From: a virus
Taxonomy: Duplodnaviria > Caudoviricetes
Direction: 5' to 3' (one strand)
Length of the DNA: 56,070 nucleotides
Virus record (IMG/VR): IMGVR_UViG_3300021197_001081
Coordinates: 1 to 56,070 of that record
Translations under genes and position numbers: made by a program
Part shown: in pieces, positions 55,961 through 56,070 of the stretch
How the letters are laid out: every line of letters starts with the position of its first letter
Numbering within the stretch: position 1 is the first letter of the stretch
Notes under the pieces: generated by a model
The model's input: the letters and a program-made list of their open reading frames with translations, nothing else
The model's database searches: none
What the model was told of the DNA's origin: nothing

Positions 55961-56070
55961 ATGGCCATTAGTTTTTTAACTGGAGAATCCGTAGATGGTA
56001 ACATCGCATTACCTGATAATAAAAAAATAATATTAGGGACAGGTTCTGACCTTGAAATATATCACGATGG
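55961..56070 (+). CDS. 5' end of a further tail fibre-like gene, truncated by the window edge
   Basis: MAISFLTGESVDGNIALPDNKKIILGTGSDLEIYHD, open to the end of the window. Confidence 0.65.
   Translation, partial: MAISFLTGESVDGNIALPDNKKIILGTGSDLEIYHD

Noticed and set aside
1-56070. Stop-codon reassignment as in some crAss-like phages
   Set aside because: Long genes are intact in the standard code, and TAG and TGA terminate well-packed genes.
1-56070. Prophage, integrase, reverse transcriptase/DGR, introns or inteins
   Set aside because: No host genes, recombinase, RT, template/variable repeat pair, homing endonuclease or intein motifs were seen in the window.

Overview
A near-complete, circularly permuted genome of an AT-rich, apparently lytic podovirus-type dsDNA phage. 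TAnnTTTG promoter boxes, A/T-rich starts without Shine-Dalgarno sites and BT4734-like and DnaA-C-like genes point to a Bacteroidota host, probably an aquatic flavobacterium. The + strand late arm (1-30.5 kb) runs terminase, portal, scaffold, major capsid, tail ring and muzzle proteins, a GNAT, and three internal virion proteins including a 2972-aa giant. The - strand arm (30.5-43.6 kb) carries replication/recombination genes with no DNA polymerase, then many small early genes. A non-coding control region (43.6-45.3 kb) precedes a second + strand block: groEL-groES, many Lys/Arg-rich microproteins, lysis genes and tail fibres. The strongest signal is in the early - strand transcript, which is punctuated by structured RNAs. 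It has two perfect type I hammerhead ribozymes, each overlapping the upstream stop codon and cutting exactly 22 nt before the next AUG. It also has two 40-nt anticodon-less tRNA-like elements, two hairpin-UUUUKGUGGUA motifs, and a ~400-nt structured leader opening with a boxB/boxA-like site. Together these suggest a self-processing polycistronic mRNA system. Other highlights are a basic microprotein gene overprinted in the +1 frame of the giant virion gene and two homologous ATGTCG iteron arrays. All family calls come from motif recognition by eye; no database search or folding program was run.
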